From: Lama guanicoe
Taxonomy: Eukaryota
Assembly (NCBI GenBank): GCA_013239625.1
Contig: MU054098.1
Coordinates: 2,233,104 to 2,297,103 of the forward strand
Reading direction: 5' to 3'
DNA length: 64,000 bases
Made by a program: the position numbers and the translations under genes. A model generated the notes under the pieces. The model had not been told where the DNA came from. It made no database searches and worked only from the letters and a program-made list of their open reading frames with translations. Positions 1 through 13,164 of the stretch are shown here, piece after piece. How positions within the stretch are numbered: the stretch's first letter is position 1; every line of letters begins with the position of its first letter.

Positions 1-3000
1 AAGAGAATATTATGAACAGCTATATACCAACAAATTGGACAAACTTGAAGAAATGGACAAATTTCTAGAAACATACAGCCTGCCAAAACTGAGTGAAGAA
101 GAAATAGACAATTTCAATAGATTTGATCACTAGAAGTAAAAATGAATATTTTTTAACCCCCAGGGCCCGATGGCATGACCCAGGGGTGCACTGTAGACAG
201 ATTGCCCTGCTCCCATTGACCAGCGTGTGGAGCAGGAAAAGTGGGAATGGGAGAGTGGGTAAGCTGTGGGAGGGGTGGCCTGGCCACCAGGACACTCAGG
301 TGTGCCCCCATAGAGGGCACTTTCTTGCAGGTGGGCATAGGGAGAAGGGAGAGCATGATGACAAGTCTGCTCCCTCAGCCCTGGGATTCCATTAGTGCTG
401 CTGCCTCTCCAGGGAGGGTGGGAAATGATGGTCCACTGAGCCTTCTTCCCTGAAAACAAATTTTTAATAAAAAGACTCCCAGCAAACAAAAGTCTAGGAC
501 AGACTGGCTTCAGAGGGAAGTTCTGCCAAACATTTAAAGAAGAACTAATTCATATTCTTCTCAAACTATTCCAAAAAATAAAGAGGAGGGGACACTCTCA
601 AATTCATTCTATGAGGCCACCATTACCCTGATACCAAGACAATGACACTACAAAAAAGGAAACTACTAGTCAATATCTCTGACGAATATAGTTGCAAAAA
701 TCCTCAGCAAAATATTAGCAATCTGAACCCCCAAAAATATATATAAAGGATTATATACTATGATCAAGTGGGATTTATGCAAGGATGGTTCAACATCTGC
801 AAATCAATCAGTGTGACATAACACATTAACAATAAGAAGGATAAAAATCACATGACCATCTCAACAGATGCAGGAAAAGCATTTGACAAAATTCACTATC
901 CATTCTTGATAAAACTCAACAAAGTGGGTATAGAGGGAACATACCTCAATATAATAAATGCCATTTATGAACAAATCCACAGCTAACATCATACTCAACA
1001 GTGAAAAGCTGAAAGCCTTTCCTCTAAAATCAGGAACAACAAAAGGATGTCCCCTCTCATCATTTCTGTTGAACATATATTAGAAATCCTAACCACTGCA
1101 GTCAGATAACAAAAAGAAATAAAAGGCTTCCAAACTGGAAGGGAAGAGGGAAAATTATAACTATTTGCAGTGACATGATGCTTTATAAAGAGAATCCTAA
1201 AATCTCCACCAGAAAACTACCAGAACTAATAATTGAATCAGCAAAGTTGTAGGATACAAGATTAATATACAGAAATCTGTTGCTTTTCTATACACTGATA
1301 ATGAACTATCAGAAAGAGAAATCAAGAAAAGAATCCCATTTAAAACTGTATCAAAATGAATAAATACCTAGGAATAAACTTAACCAAGGATGTAAAAAAC
1401 CTGTTGTTTGAAAACTATAAAATGTTGACGAAGGAAACTGAAGATAATACAAACAAGTGGAAAGCTATCCTGTGCTCTTAGATTAGAAAGATTAATATTG
1501 TTAAAAGGTCCATACTACCCAAAGCAATCTACAGATTTAATATAATTCATATCAAAATACTCAAGACATTTTTTACAGAACTATAACAAACAATGCTAAA
1601 ATTTATATGGAATGAAAAAAGACTCCCCAAACCAAAGCAATCTTGAGGAAAAAAAGAACAAAGCTAGAAGTATGATGCTCCCTGACTTCAGACTATACTA
1701 CAAAGCTACAATAACAAAAACAGCATGGTACTACTTAAAAAAAAATAAAACCAGACACATAGATTAATGGAACAGAATAGGAAGCTCAGAAATAAATCCA
1801 TGCACTTATGGTCAATTAATCTATGACAAATGAGGCAAAAAATGTATAATGGGGAAAACATTCTCTACAATAAGTGGTGCTGGGAAATTGGACAGCTACA
1901 TAAAAAAGAATTAAATTAGAAAAAAGTCTCACACGATATACAAAAATAAATTCAAAATGGATTAAAGACCTAACTGTAGGACTCGAAATAAAAAAGAAAA
2001 ACTCCTAGAAGAAAACACAAACAGAACTCTCTTTGACATAAATTGTAGCAAATATTTTTTGGATCTGTCTCCTAAAGCAAAGGAAACAAAAGCAAATTAA
2101 GCAAATGGGATCTAATTAAACTTAAAAGCTTTTACACAGCAAAGGAAATCACTGACAAAATGAAAAAACAGCCATTGAATGGCAGAACATAATTGTAAAT
2201 TATATGACTGATAAGGAGTTATTATCTAAAATATAGAAACAGCTCATATGGCTCAATATCAAATAAAACAAACAACCTGATTAAAAAATGGGCAGAAGAT
2301 CTTAATAGACATTTTTCCAAAGAAGATATACAGATGGTTAACAGGCTCATGAAAAGATGCTCAACATCACTAATTATCAGAGAAATGCAAATCAAAACCA
2401 CAATCAGATATCACCTCACACCTGTCAGAATGGCTATTATCAAAAACAACACAAATTACAAATATTTACAAGGATGTGGAATAAAGGCAACCCTATACAC
2501 TGTTGGTGGGAATGTAATTTGGTGCAGGCACTGTAAAAAACAGTATGGAGGTTTCTAAAAAAAAAAACATAAAAACTAAAAATAGACCTACCATATGATT
2601 CAGAATTTCCACTCTTGGGTATATATCCAAAGAAAATGAAAATACTAATTTGAATAGATAAATGGACCCCAGTGTTCATAGCAGCATTATTCACAATAGC
2701 CAAGCTATGGGAGCAACCTGAGTCCATCAACAGATGAATAAATAAAGAAGATGTGGTATATTTACATATGTATATACATGTATGTATATATACACACACA
2801 CATTATATAATTTAGTATTACTTAGCTGTAAAAGAATCAAAATTGGCCATTTGCAACAGCATGAATGGATCTAGAGGGTATTGTGCTTAGTGAAAAAAGT
2901 CAGATAGGGAAAGTCAAGTACTTTATTATCATTTATATGTGAAATATAAAACATTAAAACGAATGAACATAATAAAACAGAACAGACTCACAGACATAGA

Positions 3001-3248
3001 GAACAAACTAGTAGTTATTAGTGAGGAGAAGAAAAGGGGAAGGTCAGGGTAGGGATAGGGGATTTAGAAGTACAAACCACTAAGTATAATATAAATAGGC
3101 TATAAAGATGTGTTTTACAGCAAAGGGAATACAGGTAATATCTTCTAACAACTTTAAATGGAGTATAACCTATAATATTGAATCATTATGTTGTACACCT
3201 GAAACTAATATAATATTGTAACTCAACTATACTTAATTTTTTAAAAAA
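1..3248 (+). mobile_element. LINE-1, degenerate ORF2 (RT to C-terminus) plus 3' UTR; continues left of window
   Basis: ORF2-like text throughout (e.g. [29 protein letters not shown] at 2334-2558), with many stops and frameshifts; typical L1 3' end 'tgtacacctgaaactaatataatattgtaactcaactatact' before an A-run. Confidence 0.95.
157..460 (+). other. Non-L1 GC-rich insertion interrupting L1 ORF2
   Basis: L1 text breaks after 'gaatattttttaa' and resumes at 'tttttaataaaaagactcccagc'; tttttaa occurs at 150-156 and 461-467. Confidence 0.7.
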
Positions 3249-3250
3249 GA

Positions 3251-3952
3251 CTGTGGAATATTGATAGAGGGTTAGACACAGATTAAATGAACACAATAGA
3301 GCAGCTAGAAATAGATGTACATGTATATGGCCAATTAATTCTTGACAAAAGTTCAAGGACAATTTAATGGAGAATAGATGGTATTTTCAACAAATGTTGC
3401 CAAAACTACTGAATTTAAGTCCTACAAAGTATGATTGCAAAAAGAAATTATAATAAACTTTTACCCAGACTTTGAACCTTATACAATAATTAATCCAAAT
3501 GGATCACAGGCCTAAATGTAAATCCTAAACTATGTAAACTTCTATAAGTAAACATAGGATAAAATCCTTGGGATCATGTGTTTACAAAGATTTCTTAAAT
3601 GTAACACCAAGTGCATGATTCTAAAAATATTTTTAAATAATAAATTATACTTCATCAAAATTGAGAATTTCTGCTCTATTTAAAACACTTAAGAAATGGA
3701 AACAAGCCACAGACAAAAATATTTATAAACACATATCCACATTATCTGACAAAGTACTTGTCTCCAGAATAAAGAATTGTCAAAACACAATAATAAAAGG
3801 ATAAACAAACCAGTAAAAAAAAATTGGTAAAATGATTGAACAGATACTTTACCAAAGAAGATATATGAATGGCAAGTAAGCCCATGAATAGACGATCACA
3901 TCATTACTCATTAGGGAAATGCAAATTAAGCCTGTAATGAGGTACTACTACA
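3251..3952 (+). mobile_element. Older L1 (L1M-type) ORF2 3' fragment
   Basis: Diverged ORF2 C-terminal motifs (ttttcaacaaatg, accaaagaagatatatgaatggc, agggaaatgcaaatt). Confidence 0.85.
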
Positions 3953-5171
3953 ACAACAGGGCCATTTATACGGTAGCTTAGACCTGCTACAGAGCCTTTT
4001 CCTGCTCTGGGCCCTACTCACAGCTGGCAGCCCTTCACATCATCAAGTAATATGTTGAAATAGTATTTCAAAATGTGGAATATACTACCTGTAGAACCCC
4101 TGCAATGTATTGTGCTCTCTTCTTAGTGATGAGAAATACGATGAAATAAATTACCCTCTATTTTTGAAGGAGTGATCTGGCATACCCCAGACCAGTCTAA
4201 AATCTTTAGTAATGTCATGGGCCTCTGAAGCTAACGTAGGTTTTATATCCTACCTCTGGTGCTCATATTTCTTACTAATGCCTTCATATTACCTGTCACT
4301 TATTTTTTTTCTTGTCTGATGACATCATCAGTATGTACACCATTGTGATGCTGTGTAGAATGTTCAGAAAATTCAGAATTCTTGGAACTATATTAAAGAG
4401 AATAGATGAATTAAAAGTGCTGGTAGAAAGAAAATAAGTGTAGTCTGTTACCTGTTTTAAGTAAGTGCAAATTACTTCTGATCCTCTTTCTTGTTAGGGA
4501 TGAAAAAAACTCATTCATCACATCAATGACCATGTACTAAATACTTGAGGCCTTGCTAATCAGCTCTAGCAAAAGTACAAATTCTAATGTAGCAGTTGCT
4601 ACTGAGGCTTATTATTTGCTTGAACTTACTGACATCCTGCAGGAAATATCTGATTTGTCTAAATAGCAGACTAGTGAATTAAATGGCAATATGATGGGAA
4701 CCACTACTCTTAAGATCTTTAAGGAGGCCTTTAATCAGTGCCATTTCACTTGGGTTGTAATTTTTTTTTTAATTTTCTATCTTTGCCTGGGGTTTGGTGG
4801 AGGGGAGTCTGAGAGGCTTCCACTGGGCTTTCCCCTATTATAATAGTTCTTATCCTACAGGGCAAAGTTCTTATCCTATAGGTTGTAAGGGTCCTTACAA
4901 CCACCAAGTATACACATTTTAATTAGATATTTGAGGACTTGGGAAATAACTGTTGCCTTGGACTCTAGATCCTTTGTAAATTTATCTTGGGTTAGGACTC
5001 CATTTATCTCCTGGCTTCCATACTTCCATATTCAAAGAGGGGGTGTTCAAGGATGATGATTCCAGTTCTTGAGTATTAAAGTTGCCTCAGATCCAACAGC
5101 TATTGAAATGTTTTGGTATTCTCCTTTCCCCAGTGTACAGTTATCTGAGTAAATGACAGGTATATTTAGGA

Positions 5172-5391
5172 CAGAGTTTCTCAACCTTAGTATGATTCAG
5201 ATTTTGAGCCTTTAATTCATTGTTATGGGGGCCTGTCCTGTACATTGTAAAATGTTTGGCAGCATCCTTGGCTTCTACTCACTAGATGACAGTAGTATTC
5301 CCCCATCATGAAAATCATGAAAATCAAAAATGTCTCCAGTCATTGCCAAATATACCCTGGGGGAAAAATCACTCCTAGTTGAGAATCAATG
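5172..5391. mobile_element. MER20-like hAT MITE nested in ERVL
   Basis: Termini cagagtttctcaacc ... gttgagaatcaatg; internal 'tgtctccagtcattgccaaat'. Confidence 0.85.
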
Positions 5392-5573
5392 CTGTAGAAA
5401 AAGACTCAGGAAATCAATACTGTATATATTTTCTATAGTGTTGCAAGTATTTGGGGCCTGAAAAATGACTCATGTCCAGTCCTGAAATTGGGCAAAAGAT
5501 TGTGACTTTTCATTGGTATGTTTACACTTAGTCTCCTGATTATCCATCTTTGGTTTCTCTTGCTTATATAGGT

Positions 5574-5792
5574 CTGAGGTTAGCAAACTTTTTATTTAAA
5601 GGGCTGGATAGTAAATATTTTAGACTTGTAGGTCATTTGGTCTGTTGCTACTACCCATTTCTATGATTCTCCCACTGTAGTGTGAAAGCAATCATATACA
5701 ATATGAAAATAAATAAGCATGGTTGTAGTCCAATTAAAATGTATTTATAAAAATAGGTTGCTAGTTCATGAGTTATAATTTACTGACTCATA
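5574..5792. mobile_element. MER58A-like hAT MITE nested in ERVL
   Basis: 'ggttagcaaactttttatttaaagggctggatagtaaatattttag' resembles MER58A. Confidence 0.8.
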
Positions 5793-7270
5793 GCATAGAT
5801 TGGACAATACCTTTTTCTTTTGACTACGCTTTGTCTTGCCTCTAGGGATGCTATGTTTTATTAACTATTATTTGTCTCTGATGGTAAAGCACCACCAGCT
5901 AGCCTCTGTTATTTCAGGATTATTTCTCTCCTTTGGCTATCAGTCAGCCTACTTTTGTAATAGCATTTCCAACCATCATCCCAATGTAAATAAGATAGCC
6001 CCTCTTAAGTGTCTTAATAATTCTGATCCCCCTTCTCATCAGTACATTCCTTATCGCTTTGGTAAAGTGAATACCTCTGTGTTCTCTTACAAAAACATAA
6101 TCAACTGATTAGTTTTCTAGCCTAATACAGTATTATCCACTCTAACATGCCCACTACTCTAAGCTTTCTGATCTCTTCTATCACTGTATTCTACGGCAGT
6201 TCTGGCATCTCCTTCACTTAGTGTGAGCCATCATTTTCTCTAAGTTTCTAAGAACCATCCTAGCAGCTTCCTAGCACTGATTCCCAAGGTCCTTTCCAGG
6301 ATGGTAAAGCCTGGGTCAATGGATATTGTTCCCATATCAATATACTCTCTTTATCCAATCTTGTATTCCCCTTGCCTTTATACCTTGACACAACACCTTC
6401 AAGACTCAGTCCCACATGTACTCTCCTGGCTTCTCTTAGCCAGATCCTGTAGGTGTTTTGGGGTATGGTCCCTTTTCTTCTTTAGCAGTTCAGTTTATAT
6501 TGTGACTTAACCTTATTTTCTGGTGTCATGGCCAGGAGGGGAGACAGGAGTAGACTGTGAAGGAGTCACATATTGCTTTGTAAGGCAGAGTCCTCTGTAT
6601 CATTTTCAAGCAAAGGAGGAATGCTAGTCTTTAAGAGGGAGGAGTAGACCATTTTTACAGGCCTATAGGGTTCAAGAGAAACTGGAGTTCCAAGGATTTT
6701 TAGTTACCTGACCCTGGTGTCCCCACTGAAAGTCCTGTGACTCCTACACAATTAGTTTCCAATTATGACAAAGAAGACTTTCTGTGGCGGAGAAATCAAC
6801 TTTCTCTGGAGCACTGCTATTCATATGATTGAGTCCTGAATCTGACCCTCAGCTTTTTCTCTCTTCTGCAGGAGATGAATGTTTTTATATGCTGTCAAAT
6901 AGGCCCTTTGACTTTCACATTTTATTTTCAATTGGTGATTAATCAACCTCAGCCATTCATTGTCTTTTTTCAATGCATTGATGGCATTCAGGAAGAGCCA
7001 TCTTATTCCACTTTTTTTATAAACAGTGCTTCCATAAAAACTCTCAAAAGCTTGGTATTATACCAGCCAGTGACCAATGCATTCTCTTTAGCCAGTATCC
7101 CATCCTGCTCACCACAGGTGAAAGTTTTAACAATTGCACAACTAGAGCATGTCAGGTGCTCCATCTTACTACTGGTGATAGGGTCCTAATTGCCAGGTGC
7201 CCAGTGAGTGATTAATTAAGGTCCAAAATTCCAGTTTTAGTCTGCATCCTCTGACACTCCTGGTACCAAC

Positions 7271-7883
7271 GGCTTAGGTAACAGACTCTGAAGCAAAAAT
7301 TTATACTGCTATAAGATTACTGGAGAGTACCCTCAGGGTCAACACTTATGGGGGAGTATAAAAAGTAGAGTTATGCAAAGGAAGGAGTTGAGAGCAAATA
7401 AATAGCAACAGAGCCTTATCCAAACCCAAGGGACTCTCTGGAGGTGGGATGGCACTTAATAGTTGTCCATCACTGAATAGCATTGACAGATTTAGTTAAA
7501 AACTAAAATAAAACAAAAGCAAAACAAAAAGTAAGCTGCTAAATTTTTTGGATAAAGAAGGGTTAACTTTTTGTATAAGTATGTTTAAACATTAATACAA
7601 GAATTTTTATTCATCTGAGATTCAAATTTAACTGGTGTTCAGTATTTTATCTGAAAATCCTACTCCTGTGGCAGGGGAATGAAGCTTTATAACTACTGTC
7701 CTGTATCAACCAGTGGGAGAGGGGTGGGACTTATGGCTAGGCATCTCTTTTCAGCTGAGGAAAATTCCTGGGAAAAACACTCAGCCAATAGCCCTCAGCT
7801 CCCAAAACTCTCAGCAGCTAGGGAAATGAGTTCCTTAGTCCTGAAGGAGGAGATATGGTGGGCATACCATATATTCTACTTTA
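7271..7883 (-). mobile_element. LTR33-like ERVL LTR (5' LTR of the adjacent internal region)
   Basis: 'acagactctgaag...ggtcaacacttatgggggag...tcagctgaggaaaattcc...gtcctgaagg' resembles LTR33; abuts the PBS-like tggtacca. Confidence 0.8.
7478..7662. mobile_element. MER53-like palindromic hAT MITE inside the LTR
   Basis: 'cagatttag...tataagtatg...tctgagattcaaatttaactgg...attttatctg...cccta'-like layout (imperfect). Confidence 0.75.
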
Positions 7884-10595
7884 CCTAGGAGTAAATTTAG
7901 CAGAAGATATTCAAGATGTCTACATAGAAAACATTAGAAAAAGTTTGGAGATAAAATTTAGAAGATTTAAATAAACACACATTCCATGTTCATGGACTGT
8001 AAAGCTCATACTGTGAAAATGTCAATCATTATAAAATCAATCTATAAATCAATGAAAATTGCAGCAGATATTTTTGTAGAAAAAAATGACAAGATAATTC
8101 TAAAATGTACATTGAAGTACAAAGGATCAAGGACAGACAAGGAAAACTTGAAAAGGAACAAAGTTGGATGACTTATACTAAGCTGATTTCAAAATCAATA
8201 TACAGCTATACTAATCAAGGCAGTGTGGTACTGGTATAAAAACAGACAAAACAGATCAACAGAACAAAATAGTGTATGGTAACAAACTCACACGTACAGA
8301 CCACTGATTTACAACAAAGATGGCACTGAGTAAAAGACAGCTTTTTCAATAAATGGTGTTAGGGAACTGGGATGCCTACACTGAATATGAAACTTGACCA
8401 CTATCTCAATACAGATACAAAAATTATTCCAGGTATATTTTTATCTAAATATGAAAGGTAAAACAGCAAAGCTTCTAGAAGATAACATTGGATAACATCT
8501 TCATGAACTTAGGGCAGGCAAGTATTTCTTAGACTCAAAAAGGACCCAAAAACATTATCAATAAAAGAAATGATTGATAAATTGGCCTAATTTATATAAT
8601 GTTGACTTTTACATAATAAAAGTCAACATTAAACTACTCAGCAATAAAAAGGAACAAATTACTGTGACAACGTTGGTGAATCTTGAAACTATTATATTAA
8701 GAAAGAAAAGAAATAAATAAAATAAAACATACTAAATAATTCTTTTCATGAGAAAACCTAGACAAGATAAATCTAATATATAGTTACTAAACGTAGACAA
8801 ATGGTTGACTGAAATCAGGGTTGAGAGATGGAAATAGACAGGGGAGAGGGAGGAGATAACTTTTTGGAGTCATAGAAATGTTCTCTACCTTGATTGCGGT
8901 GCTGCACCCATTTGTCAGAATTCATTGAACAACACATTTAAAATGAGGACATTTTATTGTATGTCTTGCATTATACTTGTTGTATGTAAATTACATCTCA
9001 GTGAATTTGCTTTTTAAAAAAGCATCATTAAGAGAGCAAAGCAAGCCACAAAGTGAGAGACAATATCTGAAACACATATGACTTTAAGAACTCATTTCCA
9101 TGATATGAAAAGAATTCCCACAAATCGTTATGAAAAAAGATTACTTCAATAGAAAATGGGCAAAATAAATAAAATGGTACAAATGAAAATGTACTCAACA
9201 GAGAAGGTAAACCACAATGAGTTACCATGATATGCCTATAAGAATAGCCAAAACAACATCAAATGATGGTATCAAGTGTTGACTAGGATTCTCAGACACT
9301 GCTGGTGGGACTCTACATTGATATAACACTTTGGAAGACTGGCAGTATGTGCTAAAGTTGAACATGTGCATACATGAATCAACAATTCTACTTCTGGGTA
9401 TATACCCAAAAGAAAGGTGTACATGAATCCATCAAAGATATGTATAAGAATGTCTGTAGTAGCATTTTTTGAGAGCTCTACTTACACTTAGGATATAGAA
9501 AGCCACAAGAGAAAATTGCTCCTACCCTGACAGTGTAGAGAAGATGGATAATCTACAAAATAACTTTTGTAAAGCCTGTCAGAGAGTTGAGGTATCAAAG
9601 CAATCAGATAAACATTCCGAAGTGTGACAAGTACCTCTAGGGAGAGACGCAACGCAGATTTTTTTTTTTTTACCTTTGGCAAAGCACAAGAGAAAAAATG
9701 GCCACCATACAAAAAGCTAACATGAAATCAGCTAGCATTTCATCAAATTATTAAAGACAAGTATGGACAACAATCAGTTTGGAATAGCTAGAAGTCCTTG
9801 ACACAAGATGAGCTCACTGCTATGGAAATCTCCAGGTGCTTGTGAAGAAAATTGGAAGCAGGGCAGGAGACTGAAAGAACCCCCCACTTCCAACCCTTGG
9901 TGGTGCACTATGTGAATAGCTGCTTCTTGACAGGTAGGCAAGATGCCAGTTGATTCCCAGCATCCTTCTTTCCTACAAAGTGAAACTCAAGCTGTTGGTA
10001 GCAGGGCAACAAGCCCTTTCTCCCTTAAGGTGCAAGCAAAATCCACTGATTCTGTGGCAGGAGAAGAAATCCTCATCTGTCTCTAGTGAAGGGGTAGAAA
10101 ATCCTCTTACCTTCCAGACACAAGAGAGGTAGCATTGTTTTTAATAGCCTCAAACTGGAAACAACCCTAATGTTCATCAACAGTAAAATGATGAATACAT
10201 TTTGTTATACTCATATAATAAAATGTTACACAGCAAAGAAAATAAATGGATACTGTCACACTAAATGACATGGATGAAACTTTCAAATATAATGGTGAAT
10301 AAAAGAAACCAAGCACACTAGAATACATGCTATATGATTCAACTTAAATAAAAAGTTTAAAAAAACAGATAAATCTATGCTATTAGAAGTCAGGAGAATG
10401 GTTACCTATAGGGAGGAAGAATGAGTGACTGGAAAGCTCAAAGGGCTTTCTGTAGTGCTGGAAATGCTTTTAATTTCTGACTGGTTACATGAATCTATTC
10501 ACTTTATGATAATTTATAAAATGTGTATTTATTGTTTATATACTTTTCTGTATCTGATGAACAACAGCAATTTATTTATCAAAAATAAAAACATC
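7884..10595 (+). mobile_element. Old L1 (L1MC/ME-like) ORF2 3' part and 3' UTR, with nested L1 fragments at ~8632-9020 and ~9471-10128
   Basis: Diverged ORF2 text (7986-8171 ORF) and old 3' UTR motifs; continuity broken at two points. Confidence 0.8.
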
Positions 10596-12339
10596 AGTTA
10601 TATATGTAAGTCTTTCACAGAGGCACCTTGTCTATGAAATTAGACAAAATTGGAGAATGAAAAACTCATAAAATTTGGAAGTGTGCATGTTTTTTCCCAT
10701 GGGCTATGAATTAGGATCTAAATATTTAATGCTAAATTTCAATTTCTAACACAGATGGTTTCAAAGTGCCTTTAAATGGCATGACAGATGAATAGAGAGA
10801 TGGATATTTGAGAATTATAATACATAGGTAGGTCAATAATTTCATTTCATGGTTGAAAACAATATGACAGAAATAGAACATATCTGAGAGGGAGAAATTA
10901 ACCCTAATGAAAGGAACCTGACATTCTAAAGTTCAAATCATTACATTCTAGATTGTACATTTGGGGAACATTTTGTCCTACTTCTATATATAAGTAGATT
11001 TTATGCTTTTAAGACTTCAGTTTAATCTGCTTTGTGGAAATTAACAGCAAGAAGAAGATAGGTTTTGGCTAATAGTAAATGCAGAACTTACAAAAGGCAT
11101 TTCTTACCAAGGTTCTCTGTTGACATTACTCTTTCTAGGTCCTCTGCTCAGAATACTGCATTCTTAACAATAGTCAGAGGATAAAATAGATTATGGTAAT
11201 TCAGGATGGGTGAGGAGTATGACTTTCTTTTGTAGAGCAGAAGAGTGACTTTGAAAGGAGAAGCACAAAGGAGAACTAGCATGACACTCCAATTATACAT
11301 CTATTTTAGGAAAAAGCACTTATAAATATTGAGAATCTGGCAATTGATTGTTTTCTTAATATTGTGTCTATGTGTCCCCTAGGAAGTCTTTACATACCCC
11401 CAAGGGTATATACAACCCAGTATGAAATGGTTATCTTAGGCAGTATGTGTGTCCTTGCACCAAGAACCTTGTGTGAATGACCTTTGTCACCAGAGCCACA
11501 GAACTTAGAAATCAAGATTGATTTATTCTGATTACAGTGTGAAATATACCTAAATAGTTTCAAGGGAATTAGGACCAATGCTGGATGCAGTCCTATCCGA
11601 GAAGCAGAGCAGGGAACATGATGGCCTTAGAGCAATGCCTCAGCCCAGTATCTGCTGCTTCTCCTTTTCTTGTTCCTCCCTTATAAATCAACGCTTCCAT
11701 CTCTGTGTCTGCACCTCAAGAGGAGTTAAGATGAGTGCCCTCAAAGTAAGAGAAGTGTCCTTTGAAATGATGATAAATACTGAGCAGCAATGTTGGGAAT
11801 GGATATCCTACCTAAAGTAACACCTACCACATGGACCTTTCAGCCTTCAAACATTAAGTTGAAGATGCGTGGAGCAAGGCAAATGCTTGCTCTTCTCAGA
11901 ATTCAGGGACAATGGTGCCTTCCCCTCACTTGCAGAAAGCAAACTGAAAGGTGGCAGCTTGCATGTAAAATTGCTTTTAAAATATTTGCATATGAATTAC
12001 ACAGAGAAAAAACTCTCCTCACCCTGATAAGAATGGATTCTTAAGCTAGGATTAATAATCATTATATTAGCCTGGAGGAAATGATAAATATTTATAACCA
12101 AGTAACCTCTTAAAGGTTTAAATATCACATGGAAGATTTAGCTATTGTTTCTGTGAGAGGAATGCACAATGGGGCATAGTGTAGAGAGCTAAGGTTCCAA
12201 AGTCCCAAGCCCCTTTCTGGAGGCTGCTAGGGGCAGGTTGGCTGCTGGCAATGTTCACTCCATGAAAAGTAGGCAGGCAGAGTTAGCCCCTGGTTAAATG
12301 ACAAAGGTTTATTAATGTTGGGTCTAGATCTTGATTCTT

Positions 12340-12800
12340 TTCTTTCTCTATACACCCTTCATTGATAATCTCATTCATTCCCATGGCTCTCATATCTTCA
12401 TCTCACACCTCTCTCCAAACTCGATGATACAACCTTCTGCCTTCTTGACATCTTCACTTAGATGACTGATACATATCTCAAACTCACTAATCCAAACTGA
12501 ATCTTAGCTCAGGTGCAGTGTTCCTCATCTCAAATGTTGGAAACTCTATACTTCCTATTGCTCAGATTCAAACTCTTGGAGTCATCCTTGAGCTTTCCTT
12601 TGTCTTGCAGCCACATTCAATCTATCAAGAAACCCTGTTAGCTCTGCCTTCAAAATATATCCAGAATCCACTCATTTCCTACTGCATTCATTGCCGCCTT
12701 GCTGATTTTGATCACCACTATTACTTGCCTCTGATTACTGCAATGGACTCCTAGGTGGTCTTCTAGCTTCTAGCTAAGAATATCGTATTAAAGCATAAGT
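12340..12800 (+). mobile_element. L2 fragment (tail remnant at ~13185-13235)
   Basis: 'cttggagtcatccttgag...ctctgccttcaaaatatatccagaatcc' typical of L2. Confidence 0.75.
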
Positions 12801-12803
12801 CAA

Positions 12804-13164
12804 TGTCTTAGTCTATTTGGGCTGCTATGACAAAAACTACCATAGACTAGGTGCCTTATAAACAACAGAAATTTATTTTCATAGTTCTGGACTCTGGGAA
12901 GTCTAAGATAAAGTTTCCAGCAAATTCAGTGTCTGGTGAGGGCCTACTTATTAGTTCATAGACTTTTCACTGTGTCTTCACATGGTGAAAGGGGTTAGAG
13001 AGCCTTCTGGGCCCCTTTTATAAGGGCACTAATCCCATTCATGAGGGTCTCACACTCATGATCGAAGCGCCTTCCAAAGGCTCTGCCTCCTAATACCATT
13101 ACATGGGGATTAGCTTTCTATGTATTTTTTTTTGAGGAGGGACACAAATATTCAGTCTATAGCA
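12804..13164 (-). mobile_element. MaLR solo LTR (MLT1A/B-like)
   Basis: Ends tgtcttagtc ... ttcagtctatagca; 'aacagaaatttatt' is the reverse-complement polyA signal. Confidence 0.9.

Larger units (their letters stand above)
3955..7268 (-). mobile_element. ERVL-class endogenous retrovirus internal region (decayed gag-pro-pol)
   Basis: Minus strand starts 'tggtaccaggagtg' next to the LTR; degenerate RT motifs IKGLLKDLK..VVVPIILPFNS (~4680-4740), a frameshifted YxDD-like motif (~4320-4345) and EQEKAL (~3990-4010). Confidence 0.8.

Noticed and set aside
3251..8600. One L1 split by the ERVL insertion
   Set aside because: The L1 at 7884 restarts upstream in ORF2 of the piece at 3251-3952, so they are separate elements.
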